A stretch of 64,000 bases of DNA from a virus (Duplodnaviria > Caudoviricetes), in the IMG/VR virus record IMGVR_UViG_3300035497_000313, positions 1 to 64,000 of that record. One strand, written 5' to 3'. Positions 1 to 11,400 of this stretch are shown in pieces (the first letter of the stretch is position 1; every line of letters begins with the position of its first letter). Under the pieces are notes generated by a model. It was not told the DNA's origin. It did not search any database and saw only the letters and a program-made list of their open reading frames with translations. The translations under genes and the position numbers were made by a program.

Positions 1-1603
1 AAGATAATAATTGTTTTAATCCAGTTAAATCATCATCTATAGCATTTTTAGGTCTATTATTTATTTCAACTTGTTCTGATACAAGTCTTGCACCTACAAT
101 ACTATTAGAATTTAATTCAAATGGAAGTGCATTTATCCTTGAATTAAAATCAACAGCAGAATCAATTACTTTGTCAATATTTTCTATTACAATTTTCTTT
201 CCCAACTTGTCATATACTTGCGATTCAGATATACCAGTTTGGTTACATCTGCAAGTAATATACTTCTTTATCATATCTGATAAATTATGTTGTAGCGTTT
301 TCTTTTCCGTCAAAGCACCATTGTACTTTGCTTGCAACGAAGATACATTTTCATTTAATTGCTGTAATTGAATTGCATAATCTTTTGTTTTTACAGCTAC
401 TTTTTGTTCAACAATAGCTGGCATTTTTGATTTCTGTTCAAGAATAGCATCATTTGTATTTTTTAATTGTTCTTCGAGGTCATTTACTTTGCCTTTTTCA
501 ACTTGAAGTTTTTTTCTTAATGTTTCTTTCGATTCAGTAAGTAAATTAATTGAAATTTTATCGGAGTTGGCTTTTACTTCCGCTTCGTCTAATTTACTAT
601 TAGCTACGTTAAGTTGTGAGTTTACTCTTGCTAATTCCTTTCTTAATTTTTTATTGGCTTCAATACTTGAATTAAGACGTGTATTAAGATTTTCAGTTAT
701 TGTTTTTGAATTTCCTAATACTTTTTTATTTTCTTGAATACGAGATAATGCACCCTTAGTTTTTTGTAATTCCTCATTCAGATTCTTCTCTCGGATACTT
801 CCCGAAGTTACTTGCTCTGTGAGTTGTGCGTTCTCTTTTTCAAGTGTTTCAACTTTATTTAAAGCTTCTGTTAAATCATTTAAAACAGTTGAAGAATTTT
901 CTCCGTCAAATGTTTTTAACTTTTTATCCATATTCTCTAAAAGAGTTGTTTTTTCAGGTATATTTAATTTTTCAATTATTGATTTAATTGAAATAATATC
1001 TGCACGTGTTTTTGCTTCATTGATTACATTATTTATATTATCATGCAATGTAGAAACTTTATTTTTATATTCAACTGATTCTACAACAGACGGACGTGCC
1101 ATTTTAACGGCTGGAAGTGTAACAACGTCAAAAGCAACGAAGTCATAACTTCCTTCGTCTACGTACTCTTGTCCTTCTCTTATTACAACGTCACCGCCAC
1201 CTCTTGAAGATACACCAGGGTGTGAACCATAATCGCAAAGTGCTTTTAATATGTGTCCGTTTGGTGTATCAAGTATATCAAAAGTACCTATTAAAGTTCC
1301 GTCTGGTTGTATTTCAATATCGGATAATGCTATTGCAACTTTTGTAATATCTGTTTCAATTCTGTCTGTAGGGTGATTTAACTCCCCATACAAAACTTTA
1401 TTGTCTATATACTCTTTAAATGTCGGTGAATCAATAACGCTTTCCCAAAGCTTTCTTGAATAACATCTACCATTTCTCGTTGGTTCATCACATTTTGCAC
1501 AAGGTCCTTTAAGTCTGCCCAAAACACCAGCCCTTTTATTTTCTACTGATTCATTTATGGGTTGTAAAGAACCAATTTTACTCTCTATAAGTATTTGTGC
1601 CAT
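1..1603 (-). CDS. Prohead protease (T4 gp21-like) with long C-terminal coiled coil; runs to the window edge
   Basis: Not in the ORF track. Manual translation from ATG at 1603: MAQILIESKIGSLQPINES...TRNGRCYSRKLWE...YGELNHP...GTFDILDTPNG...GVSSRGGG...FDVVTLPA. These are gp21-family His and Ser motifs; the gene lies two genes downstream of portal. Confidence 0.85.
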   Translation of the reverse strand, partial: MAQILIESKIGSLQPINESVENKRAGVLGRLKGPCAKCDEPTRNGRCYSRKLWESVIDSPTFKEYIDNKVLYGELNHPTDRIETDITKVAIALSDIEIQPDGTLIGTFDILDTPNGHILKALCDYGSHPGVSSRGGGDVVIREGQEYVDEGSYDFVAFDVVTLPAVKMARPSVVESVEYKNKVSTLHDNINNVINEAKTRADIISIKSIIEKLNIPEKTTLLENMDKKLKTFDGENSSTVLNDLTEALNKVETLEKENAQLTEQVTSGSIREKNLNEELQKTKGALSRIQENKKVLGNSKTITENLNTRLNSSIEANKKLRKELARVNSQLNVANSKLDEAEVKANSDKISINLLTESKETLRKKLQVEKGKVNDLEEQLKNTNDAILEQKSKMPAIVEQKVAVKTKDYAIQLQQLNENVSSLQAKYNGALTEKKTLQHNLSDMIKKYITCRCNQTGISESQVYDKLGKKIVIENIDKVIDSAVDFNSRINALPFELNSNSIVGARLVSEQVEINNRPKNAIDDDLTGLKQLLS

Positions 1604-1606
1604 CTT

Positions 1607-2068
1607 TTATACTTCCTCACTGTAAACAAATATTTTAATATCTGTTGAAATTAAATCGTAAATATTTAAAATTTCTGAGTAATCTTTTTTTTCTACATAA
1701 TTATAAAGTGCAGAAATACATTGTGTCAAATTACTCTGTTGATAAAACTTTAATTTTTCAACAGTTTCCATCTTTTCTGTAAATAAAAATACTTGAGAAA
1801 TATAACTTGTTAATGACAATAATCTTTCTGTTTCAGTATTATTATCTTTTAAAAGATTTTGATATAATTTATTCTTTCGTTTACTGTTCTTATGCTGTAA
1901 TTCTTTATAAAATAAATATATGTTTTGTGGTCTATGCTTATTTATAAAGTTTATAATATTTTTTGTAACATTAACATTATTAGTTAATTCTGTTAATGTA
2001 TCTTTTATGTCTATACCACTATTTTGAATTTCATTTAATAATTTATAACAATCTATCTTACTAATCAC
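1607..2068 (-). CDS. Hypothetical protein between portal and protease
   Basis: 153-aa ORF in tight operon context. Confidence 0.6.
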   Translation of the reverse strand: MISKIDCYKLLNEIQNSGIDIKDTLTELTNNVNVTKNIINFINKHRPQNIYLFYKELQHKNSKRKNKLYQNLLKDNNTETERLLSLTSYISQVFLFTEKMETVEKLKFYQQSNLTQCISALYNYVEKKDYSEILNIYDLISTDIKIFVYSEEV

Positions 2069-2082
2069 ACTAATTCTTCCTG

Positions 2083-3936
2083 TTATGCTAATTCTTCATT
2101 ATCGCTTAAATCTATGTCTAAATCTTCAGGTGAAGGTAATTCTTCACTTTCTTCTGCATTAGACGATTCTTCTGAAGTACTTGATTCTGTAGGTTCGTTT
2201 TCTTCAAAACTAGGTTCGGACGAACTTCCACCGAACGGTTCATTCATATCTTCCGTAGGTGTTTCAGTTTCTACCTCATCGGGCATAGACTTTACAATAG
2301 TATCTAATTTTTCATTAACCTCTGGTATGTCTATAAAACTATTAAACAATGATTGTAATATAGATAATTGGTCTTTAGTATTTTCTACATTAGATAATAA
2401 ATTCATAATGCTTTCAATAACTTCTGTTTTTGATTTTAAGCTTTCAATTCTATCAGTAACGTCAAGTGTAGTCGGAGCTAACATCTTAACTTGGAATTTA
2501 TTTACGTATTGTATAAGTCCTCTATCAATTAAGAATATATTTAATAACGTTTTAATGCCTTGACAATATGTATTTTGTATTCTCTTTATTGTTTTAGCAT
2601 ATCTTCCAGAAATCTTAGTTAAACTTTCACCACCGCTAAATCCAGTAGTATCGTCTGTATAACCTAAGAATTGTTTTGGAATTTTAAGACCTGCAAATAA
2701 TTTATTATTGTAATAATCAATATCTGCAATATCTTTTACATTAACGTCTCCACCTAAATTGCTTACAGATAAAGCACCCTGACCACCTCTTGTAGGAATG
2801 TAAACATTATTTTCTAAAGGTGACGGACTGTTGTACTCTCGCATTTTTTCACCAGCAGTCATAGCTGTTTTTTGTTCAAATAAAGATTTAATTCTTTGAA
2901 GAAGTTGCATAGTTTCTGATTTACCCATTTCACCAACTTCTACTTGAATAATTCTAACCAACGCAGAACGTACAACTCTATTTAACAGTAACGAATCAGT
3001 TAATAAACTTAATTCTTTATAAGTTTTATAAACATCTTGTAAAATAGACTTACCACGTTTTACTGTATATGTCAATGATTCTCTTTCTTTTATTCTCTCT
3101 GTTTCAGTTTTATTTTTATCTGAATTTGTATATTTAAATAACTCAACAGTTTCAGGGTTTCTATCGCTTGGATTTGCTAAACAAATATGAACATATTTTG
3201 TTGGGTCATATAAAAATACATCATCAGTTATGTAATTATATTCATAATTTGCACTACCTAAAGTATTACTGTTATTTTTATTATATTTAGGTACTTTTAA
3301 AAATCCAACGCTTTTACCACGTTGTGTTAAATCAAATATCTGTGCGGGGTCTTTTACAGCTTCAATGTAATTTTGTAATTTCTCTTGCTTACCATAAATA
3401 TTTACTATAACAGATTCCACAAGCTCTGTATCGTCACTATTAAAATTTTTTCCCTCTTGGATAATTGAGGTATTTTTTAATAAGTTAGATTTACCTTGTT
3501 GTTTTTCTATGTTATCGGTAGCTCTAAATGTTTCTAAATACAAATCACCATATTTACATAAGGAGTAAATATGTTCCCACGCTTTTTCGTCAATTTTTAA
3601 ATCTTGCAATATATTGTTACAAATTTTTGATACAGCTTCGTCATCGCTTGTTGCCCAAACAACATTGCCCTGTTCATTATATTCGGCAGAATCTTCTGCG
3701 TATAATTCCAAAGCACCTGAAATAATAGGGTCACCACTCATCTCATCGAAAATTTGATAAAGCGATTCCCTTGTTTCAGAAGAAGTTCTAAACTTTGTAA
3801 GCTCGTCTGTATTTATAGAAGAATTAAGTCCTTCGTCATTAGCAACTAAATTTGCAAGATTATTTTGACCTTCAATACCTATATTTGGCTGTGGAGTTTG
3901 TACAGCTTTAAATTTTGCTTGTATATCTTCTTTCAT
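2083..3936 (-). CDS. Portal protein (T4 gp20-like)
   Basis: DEMSGDPIISGALELYAED, KYGDLY, GKSIL, LLLNRVVRS..RIIQVEVGEM, IPTRGGQG, DIADIDYYNNKLFAGLKIPK; lies between terminase and protease. Confidence 0.9.
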   Translation of the reverse strand: MKEDIQAKFKAVQTPQPNIGIEGQNNLANLVANDEGLNSSINTDELTKFRTSSETRESLYQIFDEMSGDPIISGALELYAEDSAEYNEQGNVVWATSDDEAVSKICNNILQDLKIDEKAWEHIYSLCKYGDLYLETFRATDNIEKQQGKSNLLKNTSIIQEGKNFNSDDTELVESVIVNIYGKQEKLQNYIEAVKDPAQIFDLTQRGKSVGFLKVPKYNKNNSNTLGSANYEYNYITDDVFLYDPTKYVHICLANPSDRNPETVELFKYTNSDKNKTETERIKERESLTYTVKRGKSILQDVYKTYKELSLLTDSLLLNRVVRSALVRIIQVEVGEMGKSETMQLLQRIKSLFEQKTAMTAGEKMREYNSPSPLENNVYIPTRGGQGALSVSNLGGDVNVKDIADIDYYNNKLFAGLKIPKQFLGYTDDTTGFSGGESLTKISGRYAKTIKRIQNTYCQGIKTLLNIFLIDRGLIQYVNKFQVKMLAPTTLDVTDRIESLKSKTEVIESIMNLLSNVENTKDQLSILQSLFNSFIDIPEVNEKLDTIVKSMPDEVETETPTEDMNEPFGGSSSEPSFEENEPTESSTSEESSNAEESEELPSPEDLDIDLSDNEELA

Positions 3937-3945
3937 TTATTATTC

Positions 3946-5595
3946 CTAAAATACTATAATTCCGTCATCTATTAATGCGCTAGGTCTATATGTATTTGTT
4001 TCAGCTTGTTTTAGAATTTGTTTTGCGTAAACTTCTTTTTCTTTATCAGACATTTCCGATACATTTATAACTTCATTATCTTTCACACTTCTTTCAACAA
4101 GCTTTGCTATTTGTCGTCTTATTTCATCTTCCTCTTCTTTTGTTTTTATGTCTACTAAGGATTGGTTTAATTGAACTTTTATTTGCGTTTGTGCATCAAG
4201 CATATTATTGTTGACTAATATAGCAGATTCAATATCAACACCATAATTGTAAACATACGTACCTTTATATAAAGAAGCGTTCCATAATGCACCAGCAAGT
4301 GAATCAAGTTTGTCCTTCGACCCCTCACTCGTGTGGTCCACCTTGCCTGTTTGCATATTTTTTTCGACATTAATTGCTTCGTCTCTAAGACCTTCTAGCT
4401 CTAATATCTCAATTCTATTTTCATTAATAGCAGCTCTAAATTGTGTATAACCTTCAGGTGTTCTATCCAACGAAAGTATTTGACAATCAAAACCACGAGT
4501 TGTTAAGATTTGTCTTGTATCAGCACTTTGGAAACCATCAATAGAAATACCTTTTATATTCCAATTTTGTTTTCTTAAATAATATATAAATTGTCTTGTT
4601 TTTTCCAAAGAGATTTCAGAATTACTCGGAGCTTTTATACCTATTGTAAATACATCTGCATAATGAAGTTCTACATTTTTTAAATCTTCGTCTTCATCAT
4701 TACTATAACCTGGAACACCTTTATCAAAATACAATTTACTTATTGTATCTTCATTATCATATTCAGCAGCACCTACTATTGCTACACAACTTAAACCAGT
4801 TATATCGCCTTTTAAAGAGGAGTCTATATGTATAAATAGAGGTTTTTGTATAAGACTTTTAGGTACTAAAAATGGCTTAAAAAAGTCTTTAATTTGTAAA
4901 TCGTCATCAAGTCCTATTGTAAGAACTTCTGAAGTAAATGGATTTTGTCTTTTTGTTTTTGGAACAACACAAGAATCATATCTTCTAGGGCTAATAAATT
5001 TTAATGCCGAACTAAGTGAAACACCAGCTATTGCCATCAATGAATTTTCCATATTCTTTTTAAAGTCGTCTTTAAAATTCATTGGTACGTCAAGTATTTC
5101 ATAACCTTGTTTTATATAGGAATCTACATCAGCATCGTCTGGAAGTATGATTGATTCAAGATTTTTATTTCCTACACCAACTTTAAAAGTTTCTTTTGCA
5201 AATCTATCTCTTGGCTTTATTTCCCATATAGGTTTATCTACAATATAAACGGACGGGTCGTCTTTTACTTTTTGAGTATATCTATCCAAAAAGTCTAATT
5301 CTGATTTTTTAGAAGACACAAGAAACATCATTGTTGGCAATCTACCACCGTCTCTAGTAAAACGAGATTTCTGTCTTGCTTTTGTTTCTGAATATATCTT
5401 CATCATTTGTGATTGAGATTCTTTTAAATTTTTTGGATTTGCACCAAAGTTACATTCATCGAGAAGAGAACAGTTATGGGAAACAAATTCATTAGTTTTA
5501 CCCTTAATTATAAAATTATGAAATTTTGTGTTTCGTATATCGTATAATTTAATTGGTTCTTCGTATTTTATTGTTCTATTTGATACTACTTTCAT
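3946..5595 (-). CDS. Terminase large subunit, C-terminal half, with N-terminal split-intein C-fragment
   Basis: Residues 1-41 are IntC-like (LYDI...HNF...VSHN|C), followed by Walker B SLLDE, FLVSS, and nuclease motifs FIHIDSS, SIDGFQS, KVDH...SKDKLDSLAG. No Walker A. Own SD (GGAG). Directly upstream of portal. Confidence 0.85.
   Translation of the reverse strand: MKVVSNRTIKYEEPIKLYDIRNTKFHNFIIKGKTNEFVSHNCSLLDECNFGANPKNLKESQSQMMKIYSETKARQKSRFTRDGGRLPTMMFLVSSKKSELDFLDRYTQKVKDDPSVYIVDKPIWEIKPRDRFAKETFKVGVGNKNLESIILPDDADVDSYIKQGYEILDVPMNFKDDFKKNMENSLMAIAGVSLSSALKFISPRRYDSCVVPKTKRQNPFTSEVLTIGLDDDLQIKDFFKPFLVPKSLIQKPLFIHIDSSLKGDITGLSCVAIVGAAEYDNEDTISKLYFDKGVPGYSNDEDEDLKNVELHYADVFTIGIKAPSNSEISLEKTRQFIYYLRKQNWNIKGISIDGFQSADTRQILTTRGFDCQILSLDRTPEGYTQFRAAINENRIEILELEGLRDEAINVEKNMQTGKVDHTSEGSKDKLDSLAGALWNASLYKGTYVYNYGVDIESAILVNNNMLDAQTQIKVQLNQSLVDIKTKEEEDEIRRQIAKLVERSVKDNEVINVSEMSDKEKEVYAKQILKQAETNTYRPSALIDDGIIVF
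5473..5595 (-). other. Split intein C-fragment (IntC, 41 aa)
   Basis: MKVVSNRTIKYEEPIKLYDIRNTKFHNFIIKGKTNEFVSHN followed by Cys+1; same layout as DnaE-type IntC (blocks F and G, terminal His-Asn). Confidence 0.88.
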
Positions 5596-5618
5596 TTAGT
5601 AGTTCTCCGTTCTTAATG

Positions 5619-6083
5619 TTAATCTATAACTATTTTATTTGATTTTGTTTCTTCAGTAGTTTTTGTTTCTGTTTTTGTAGTAGTTTCGGTAGTTGATTCT
5701 TCTGTGTTAGTAGGTGTTACATAATCCGAAACATCATATGTACCACCTTTTGTAGAATCAATTGCTTTACTAACTTCATAGGTACAAGATTCCAAAATCT
5801 GCTCTATTTGTGCTTCTGTAAGCCACTTAAATTTAGCAGATAATTGTTCGGTGACATACTGCTTTTTGGATTCACCCTCACCAGAACCAAACATCTGTTC
5901 ACTAGCTTTAACAAGAACTTCTGCCCATTTAAGTGCAGTATTAAATTTCTGGTCACCAATCTTCTTTTTTAACCAGGGGATTATAAAAGCCGTAATAGCT
6001 ACACCACAAGCTGGAATTACATACTTAACTACAATATCAACTATAAGTTCTACTAATTCAGTATTCATAAAAATAACCTCCAC
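5619..6083 (-). CDS. Holin, LL-H-like family
   Basis: One N-terminal TM helix, IIPWLKKK...VKASEQMFGSGEGESKKQYV; probable start is the second Met (MNTEL) with a GGAGG SD. Confidence 0.7.
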   Translation of the reverse strand: MEVIFMNTELVELIVDIVVKYVIPACGVAITAFIIPWLKKKIGDQKFNTALKWAEVLVKASEQMFGSGEGESKKQYVTEQLSAKFKWLTEAQIEQILESCTYEVSKAIDSTKGGTYDVSDYVTPTNTEESTTETTTKTETKTTEETKSNKIVID

Positions 6084-6112
6084 GCTTTTTGTTTACTATA
6101 TTATAATATACG

Positions 6113-6156
6113 AAAAAAAGTGTTGTCAAAGTTATTTTTATTGACAACACTTTTTT
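6113..6156. terminator. Inverted repeat/intrinsic terminator that also contains a TTGACA -35 for the holin-TerL promoter
   Basis: aaaaaaagtgttgtcaa...ttgacaacactttttt; minus-strand TTGACA then TATAAT ~18 nt downstream. Confidence 0.6.
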
Positions 6157-6185
6157 ATTATGAGTATTATGAAAATAGACTATGC

Positions 6186-6404
6186 TTATTTTCTAGCGAC
6201 AAATACCTGAGGGGAAGTTTTTTGCAATTGCAATGTATATGTCTTTTGCTCATTCAAATTTATTTCTTTTTCTGTTTTTAAATTATGTAATGTAATGGTT
6301 TCAGTAATCGCTTTTGGTAAAGGAAAATATACTGGTATACTTGTATCTACAATTGTATCGGTTATTATTTTAGTCATTAACATAAAAATATCTCCTAGGT
6401 CCAA
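6186..6404 (-). CDS. Hypothetical protein
   Basis: Short ORF in operon; real start probably MTKIIT. Confidence 0.45.
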   Translation of the reverse strand: MDLGDIFMLMTKIITDTIVDTSIPVYFPLPKAITETITLHNLKTEKEINLNEQKTYTLQLQKTSPQVFVARK

Positions 6405-6756
6405 TTGTGTCTACACATTCGCCATTATTAGTGAATAATTTTATTGTGTACGCATATTCTTTATAATACAATTCTTTTGTATCATTAGAATCAATTGGTA
6501 TATAAATGTATGTACCTAAAGTTTCACCGTCAGAATCTACAACATTACATATATCGGATAAGTCAAATTTTTTAATTACAAAACTTTTATTAATATCTTT
6601 TTCTAAAATATCCATTATGTAAAAAATTACATAATCGTCAGCTTGTAAGTCGTATTGATGTGCATTATTAAATGTTCCGTCATTAATAAAAAGGAGAATA
6701 GATGCTGAATCTCCTCTTGTAATAGTCATATTTCCTCTATTATCAATAGAAAACAT
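6370..6756 (-). CDS. Putative baseplate/BppU N-terminal-like structural protein
   Basis: ITRGDS..I.L N-terminal motif and Y.Y.IKL...VDTI C-terminus, a pattern typical of such small tail proteins. Confidence 0.4.
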   Translation of the reverse strand: MFSIDNRGNMTITRGDSASILLFINDGTFNNAHQYDLQADDYVIFYIMDILEKDINKSFVIKKFDLSDICNVVDSDGETLGTYIYIPIDSNDTKELYYKEYAYTIKLFTNNGECVDTIGPRRYFYVND

Positions 6757-6780
6757 AATCTATCCTCCGAATTTATTTTT

Positions 6781-7599
6781 TTAGTCCTTAAACTTTAATG
6801 TAACTTCAAAACCAGCATTAGAAATAAACTTTACTGCATCAATTATAGTATGTTCAGTTCCTTCAGTTGCACCAAATGTGTTTTTAGCAATAAGTTCTTT
6901 AACTTCTTCTTCAGTTGCCGTTGTTACAGAACTAAGTTCCTGTTTTACAGTTTCAAGCTCTTCAGCAGTCTTATTATTAGTAGCTACTAATTCAGCAATT
7001 TTTTCTGCTGTTTCATTCGTAAGCTTTTCATAATCAGCAACAGATTGCTGTAAAGCACTATCTTTTTCAGCAAGTTGTGTAGAATAATTTGCTTCTATCT
7101 CAGCGATACGAAGTTTGTATTGTTCCAAAATCTGTTCGTGTTCGGCAACAGTAATTGTAGGTTCACCATCATTTGTAGCGACAGCTTCTACAGCGGTTGT
7201 TTCTTCTGCAACTTCCTCAGTAGCAACAGCTTCAGTTGTTTCAGCAACTTGTGCATCAACAGATTCTACATTTTCCTGTGGTACGTCTGCTACAACTTCT
7301 TCGGTAACAGCTGATTCCTGTACGAGTGTTTCTTCTTGTTCGGTTGCTACGTCTGCAACAACTTCTTCCTCAACTACAGGTGTTTCGTCTACAATAACTT
7401 CTTCTTCAACTGGTTGAATATAATAGGGGTTGCGTTGCTCTTCGCTCGTATTTACTGGAACGTAGTTTTGTGCAGTAAAATCCCACATAAACAACTTACC
7501 GCTTCGGCTTTGAAAAATAAAAGTTTCAATTTCGCCTTTCTTTAGTTCGTGTTCGATAAAATCTACCATGTCTTGTCTTGTTCTTACTACTTGAATCAT
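6781..7599 (-). CDS. Acidic coiled-coil hypothetical protein
   Basis: 272 aa, E/V/A/T-rich linker plus coiled coil; strong SD. Confidence 0.7.
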   Translation of the reverse strand: MIQVVRTRQDMVDFIEHELKKGEIETFIFQSRSGKLFMWDFTAQNYVPVNTSEEQRNPYYIQPVEEEVIVDETPVVEEEVVADVATEQEETLVQESAVTEEVVADVPQENVESVDAQVAETTEAVATEEVAEETTAVEAVATNDGEPTITVAEHEQILEQYKLRIAEIEANYSTQLAEKDSALQQSVADYEKLTNETAEKIAELVATNNKTAEELETVKQELSSVTTATEEEVKELIAKNTFGATEGTEHTIIDAVKFISNAGFEVTLKFKD

Positions 7600-7678
7600 C
7601 TAATGTTCTCCTATCTGTTAATTTTTACCTATTCGGTACATTTATATTATATGCTAATAATCAATGATTATGTTCAAT

Positions 7679-8407
7679 TTAAGCAAATATTATTATGCCA
7701 AAATTAGTTTGTAATATCAATAATATTATATAAATTACTAAAGATATTAATGCCATAATAAATAATGCGAAGCAAATAATCATAGCACATTTACTAAACT
7801 TCTGCAATGCCAAGAATATGGCATTTACACCATTCATAATTGCCAGTATCGCACTAAAAGCAAAATAAATAGGTGTAAAAAATATTAACATTATACACAT
7901 TAAAGGTATACCGTATGACCTATCAGAATAACTAATTTTTTGCTTTTTTATTTGCTCTTCCTTATCTTTATCTGGAATTAAATTACTAAAATCCATTTCT
8001 AAGATAGGACGGAAGAAATTAAACATAGCTTCAGCATTGGCTTTTTTAGCTTCTATTTTTGCCGTATCTTCTGCTAATTTAAGTCTCTGTGCCCTTACTT
8101 TTAATTCGTCCTGTTTAATATCTTTAATATCTTTTAAGAACGAATCGTTTTCAGTATCAGTTGTATTAACAGCACGGGCAGTAGTAGCAACGTCTACTAA
8201 CTGTTTAGCAGCTTCATTTAAATCAGCTTTACCATTACTAAGGTTGGTTTCTATCTGATTGTATGCCACACTTTCCATATTATGCATTGTACCGTCTGCT
8301 GTTTTTTCTGCCACTTTTAAATCATTTTGGGCAGTTTCTTCTACTGGTAATTCCTGTTCGGAATCTAAATCGTCTATGAGCTCGTCATTAGAATTTTTAT
8401 TATCCAT
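7679..8407 (-). CDS. Membrane protein (coiled coil plus C-terminal TM helices)
   Basis: 242 aa; hydrophobic C-terminal third. Confidence 0.65.
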   Translation of the reverse strand: MDNKNSNDELIDDLDSEQELPVEETAQNDLKVAEKTADGTMHNMESVAYNQIETNLSNGKADLNEAAKQLVDVATTARAVNTTDTENDSFLKDIKDIKQDELKVRAQRLKLAEDTAKIEAKKANAEAMFNFFRPILEMDFSNLIPDKDKEEQIKKQKISYSDRSYGIPLMCIMLIFFTPIYFAFSAILAIMNGVNAIFLALQKFSKCAMIICFALFIMALISLVIYIILLILQTNFGIIIFA

Positions 8408-8424
8408 ATGAATACCTCCTGTTT

Positions 8425-11400
8425 TTATTTTATTACTACTTTTAATTCCATTGCAGAATTTGCAGTTATATAAACATTTCCGCTATCATCTATATAAGGA
8501 CTATTAAATGTTTGAACCCAAACTTTAGTACTACTTGTAGATGTGGACGGAATTTTATCTTGTACATATGTTGCTACTATAGGATTTGTTCCTCTTCCGT
8601 GTGTACTAGCCGCTATATAGAAATACACACCACCGTTATTAGCATCTGTTTGCCAACTTGAAGAAGTAGTTAATGTAACTGTATAAGGACTACCGTATAT
8701 ATATCCATTATATGTCCAAGCATTAGTTGTATTAGTGCCCGCTGTAGTACATCTGTACGTATAACCAGTAGTTGTATTTAAATACATATCGCCTACAATG
8801 TGAGCTATACTATCACTAAGTGTGCCAGTACCAGATGTATGTGTTAAAGCTGTACCAGTATACCAAATACCTCCACGAGTACCTGTAGCACCTGTATTAC
8901 CTCTAGGTATACCAAATGTGAAGCTAAATACTTTAGATGTATCATCACCACTAGCCGTAACAGATGCCGTTGCTGAGCTACCTGCCGCTAGTGTAGTTGC
9001 TGTGGCAGTCGGTGTTCCAAAACCTGCCGAAGTACCATTTGAGCCGTTTGAGCCGTTGGAACCAGGATTACCAGTAGCACCTTTAATACAGCCTAAATAT
9101 ACCCATTTTGCCGTAGAAGCATTACCCGCTGTTGTACAGTTATATAAATTAAATGTTGAAGTATTTAAATATTTATCATCAACAAGTGCGGAAGATACAC
9201 CAGAATCACTAAATGCGGTTGCCGTAGTACTTGTACCTGTAACACCGGTGCCAGAATACCAAATAGAACCTCTTGTACCAGTAGCACCTGTGTTACCCGT
9301 GGAACCTTTAGAACCGTTTTTGACATTAAATGTTGACGTGCTGTTATCTGTTAACGTAACAGTAACTACATTAGTCCCCGAATCTTCTGTAGATGTTGTA
9401 GTTTGTGTAACACTTTTTATACCAACACCTGTAGCACCTTGTTCACCTTTTAAATTGCTAAAGGCTAAACTAATATTCTTTGCTGTATCATCACCACTAG
9501 TTGTAACCGTTACGGAAGGTGTTCCTACAGTAGCTCCAACAGAAGCACTAATTGTGCCAAATCCAGCTGCTGCACCTGTATCACCCTTACTACCTGTACC
9601 ACCCTTAATATTGCACACATATCCCCAAGTACTAGTAGCAGTTGCCTTATATACATTATATGTACTTGTATTTAAGTACATATCACCAGATTTAGAACCA
9701 CTTACTGTAGCACTTATTCCACTTGTAGAAGTTCCTGTAACAGCGGTACCTGTAAACCAAACCGCAGATGTACCGTTAGAACCATTACTACCATTTCTAC
9801 TTACACCATATGTTGTAGTAGAAGTACTATCGGAATAAGTTACAACAGTCTTACTCCATAAATATTGTCCAGCTGTTGTACTAGGTACAGAATCACTCCA
9901 AGTTCCTGTAGGTGTAGTTGTACCAGAACTGCTTGTTTGATATTGTGTTAATGTAGACGAGACTGTTACACCTGTGCCGTCTTCACCCTTATCACCTTTA
10001 TCGCCCTTAGCACCTGTGTCACCCTTTTCACCCTGTATGCCTTGTATACCTTGTGCACCCGTGGCACCAGTATCACCTTTGTCACCTTTGGCACCATTTG
10101 TACCATTCGTGCCATTATGTGCTACTGTATATATTGTAGAATCTGTATTGTCTGTATAAACTATATATGTTTTAGTCCAAAGATATTCACCAGCAGAAGT
10201 ACTAGGTATAGTAGTTGACCAATCTCCAGTAGGTGTTGTAGTACCAGAACTACTTTTTTGATAAGTTATTGTTGTAGAACTTATTCCACGACCATTTGTA
10301 CCGTTGGTACCGTTTGTACCATTTGTGCCGTCTTTTCCTTTTGGAATACCAAAATTGAAAGCATATGTAACTTTTTTTAAATCATCACTAACAGTCGATG
10401 TTACAGTTGCTGTAGCATTTGAACCCGCTGTTAATGTACTAGCTGTAGCAGTTGGACTACTTAAAATGTTTCCTAAGTCCGTTAATTTAATTGCATCTGT
10501 ATTGTCTACTTTTTTCCAACCTGTACCAATTGAAATAATCCAGTCACCAGTTGAACAGTCGTCAACACCTATTATAGTAACATCTGTTATTTGTGATGTA
10601 CTCTGTACTATGAAATATGTGCCTTCATATTTAGATGCTTCTGTAGTACTACCTGTTAATGTTATTGTATCAGTAGTTATGCTATATAAATTTTTAAACG
10701 CTGTAGAACAAGTAACAACACCAGCAGCATTAATAAGACCACCATAAACAACTTGTCCTAAGATAGTATCAGGTATTAAATTTAAATTAATTTTATTATC
10801 ACTATCTAATAACCCACTAACATCAGAAGTAGTTATAGTTTCCCAACTTGCCGTTGTTCCATTTGTTTTTACAAACTTTCCACTTGTACCTGCTGTTGTA
10901 GGAGCATATACAGTAAGATTACCAATAGTATCTCTACCCTTTATATTTACCTTAGTACCACCGTTAATTTGCAGTGTACCTTCGGTAATAGTTTGCCCAT
11001 CTGTTTTAGCAATACCGCTTTCAAATTTAGGAACAACAATACTTGAAGTAGATTGTGACTGTGTAATACCGTTTGCTAAAGTATTGTTTATTGCAGCTAT
11101 TGAATTATCAGTAGATGTTTCATAAGATGTAAATGTACTACTATCTAATTTATCACCTAAAGCTGTATTTATAACTTTATTTTGTACTGGATTAGTACTT
11201 GTAGTACTCAAAGCAGTATCTACTTTTACGTGACCGTACTTTGTATCGGAAGCTGCTCCATAAGTTGTATCTGTTGACGAATGGTCTTTTGGTGCTCTTG
11301 AAGTATCTGTAGGGTGTGTGTGCGTACCTTTAGCAACTGTGGTGTCGGAAGAATCTCCTGCGGAAGCCGTTCCGTCCATTTTAGGAGTTCCCGTATAAAA

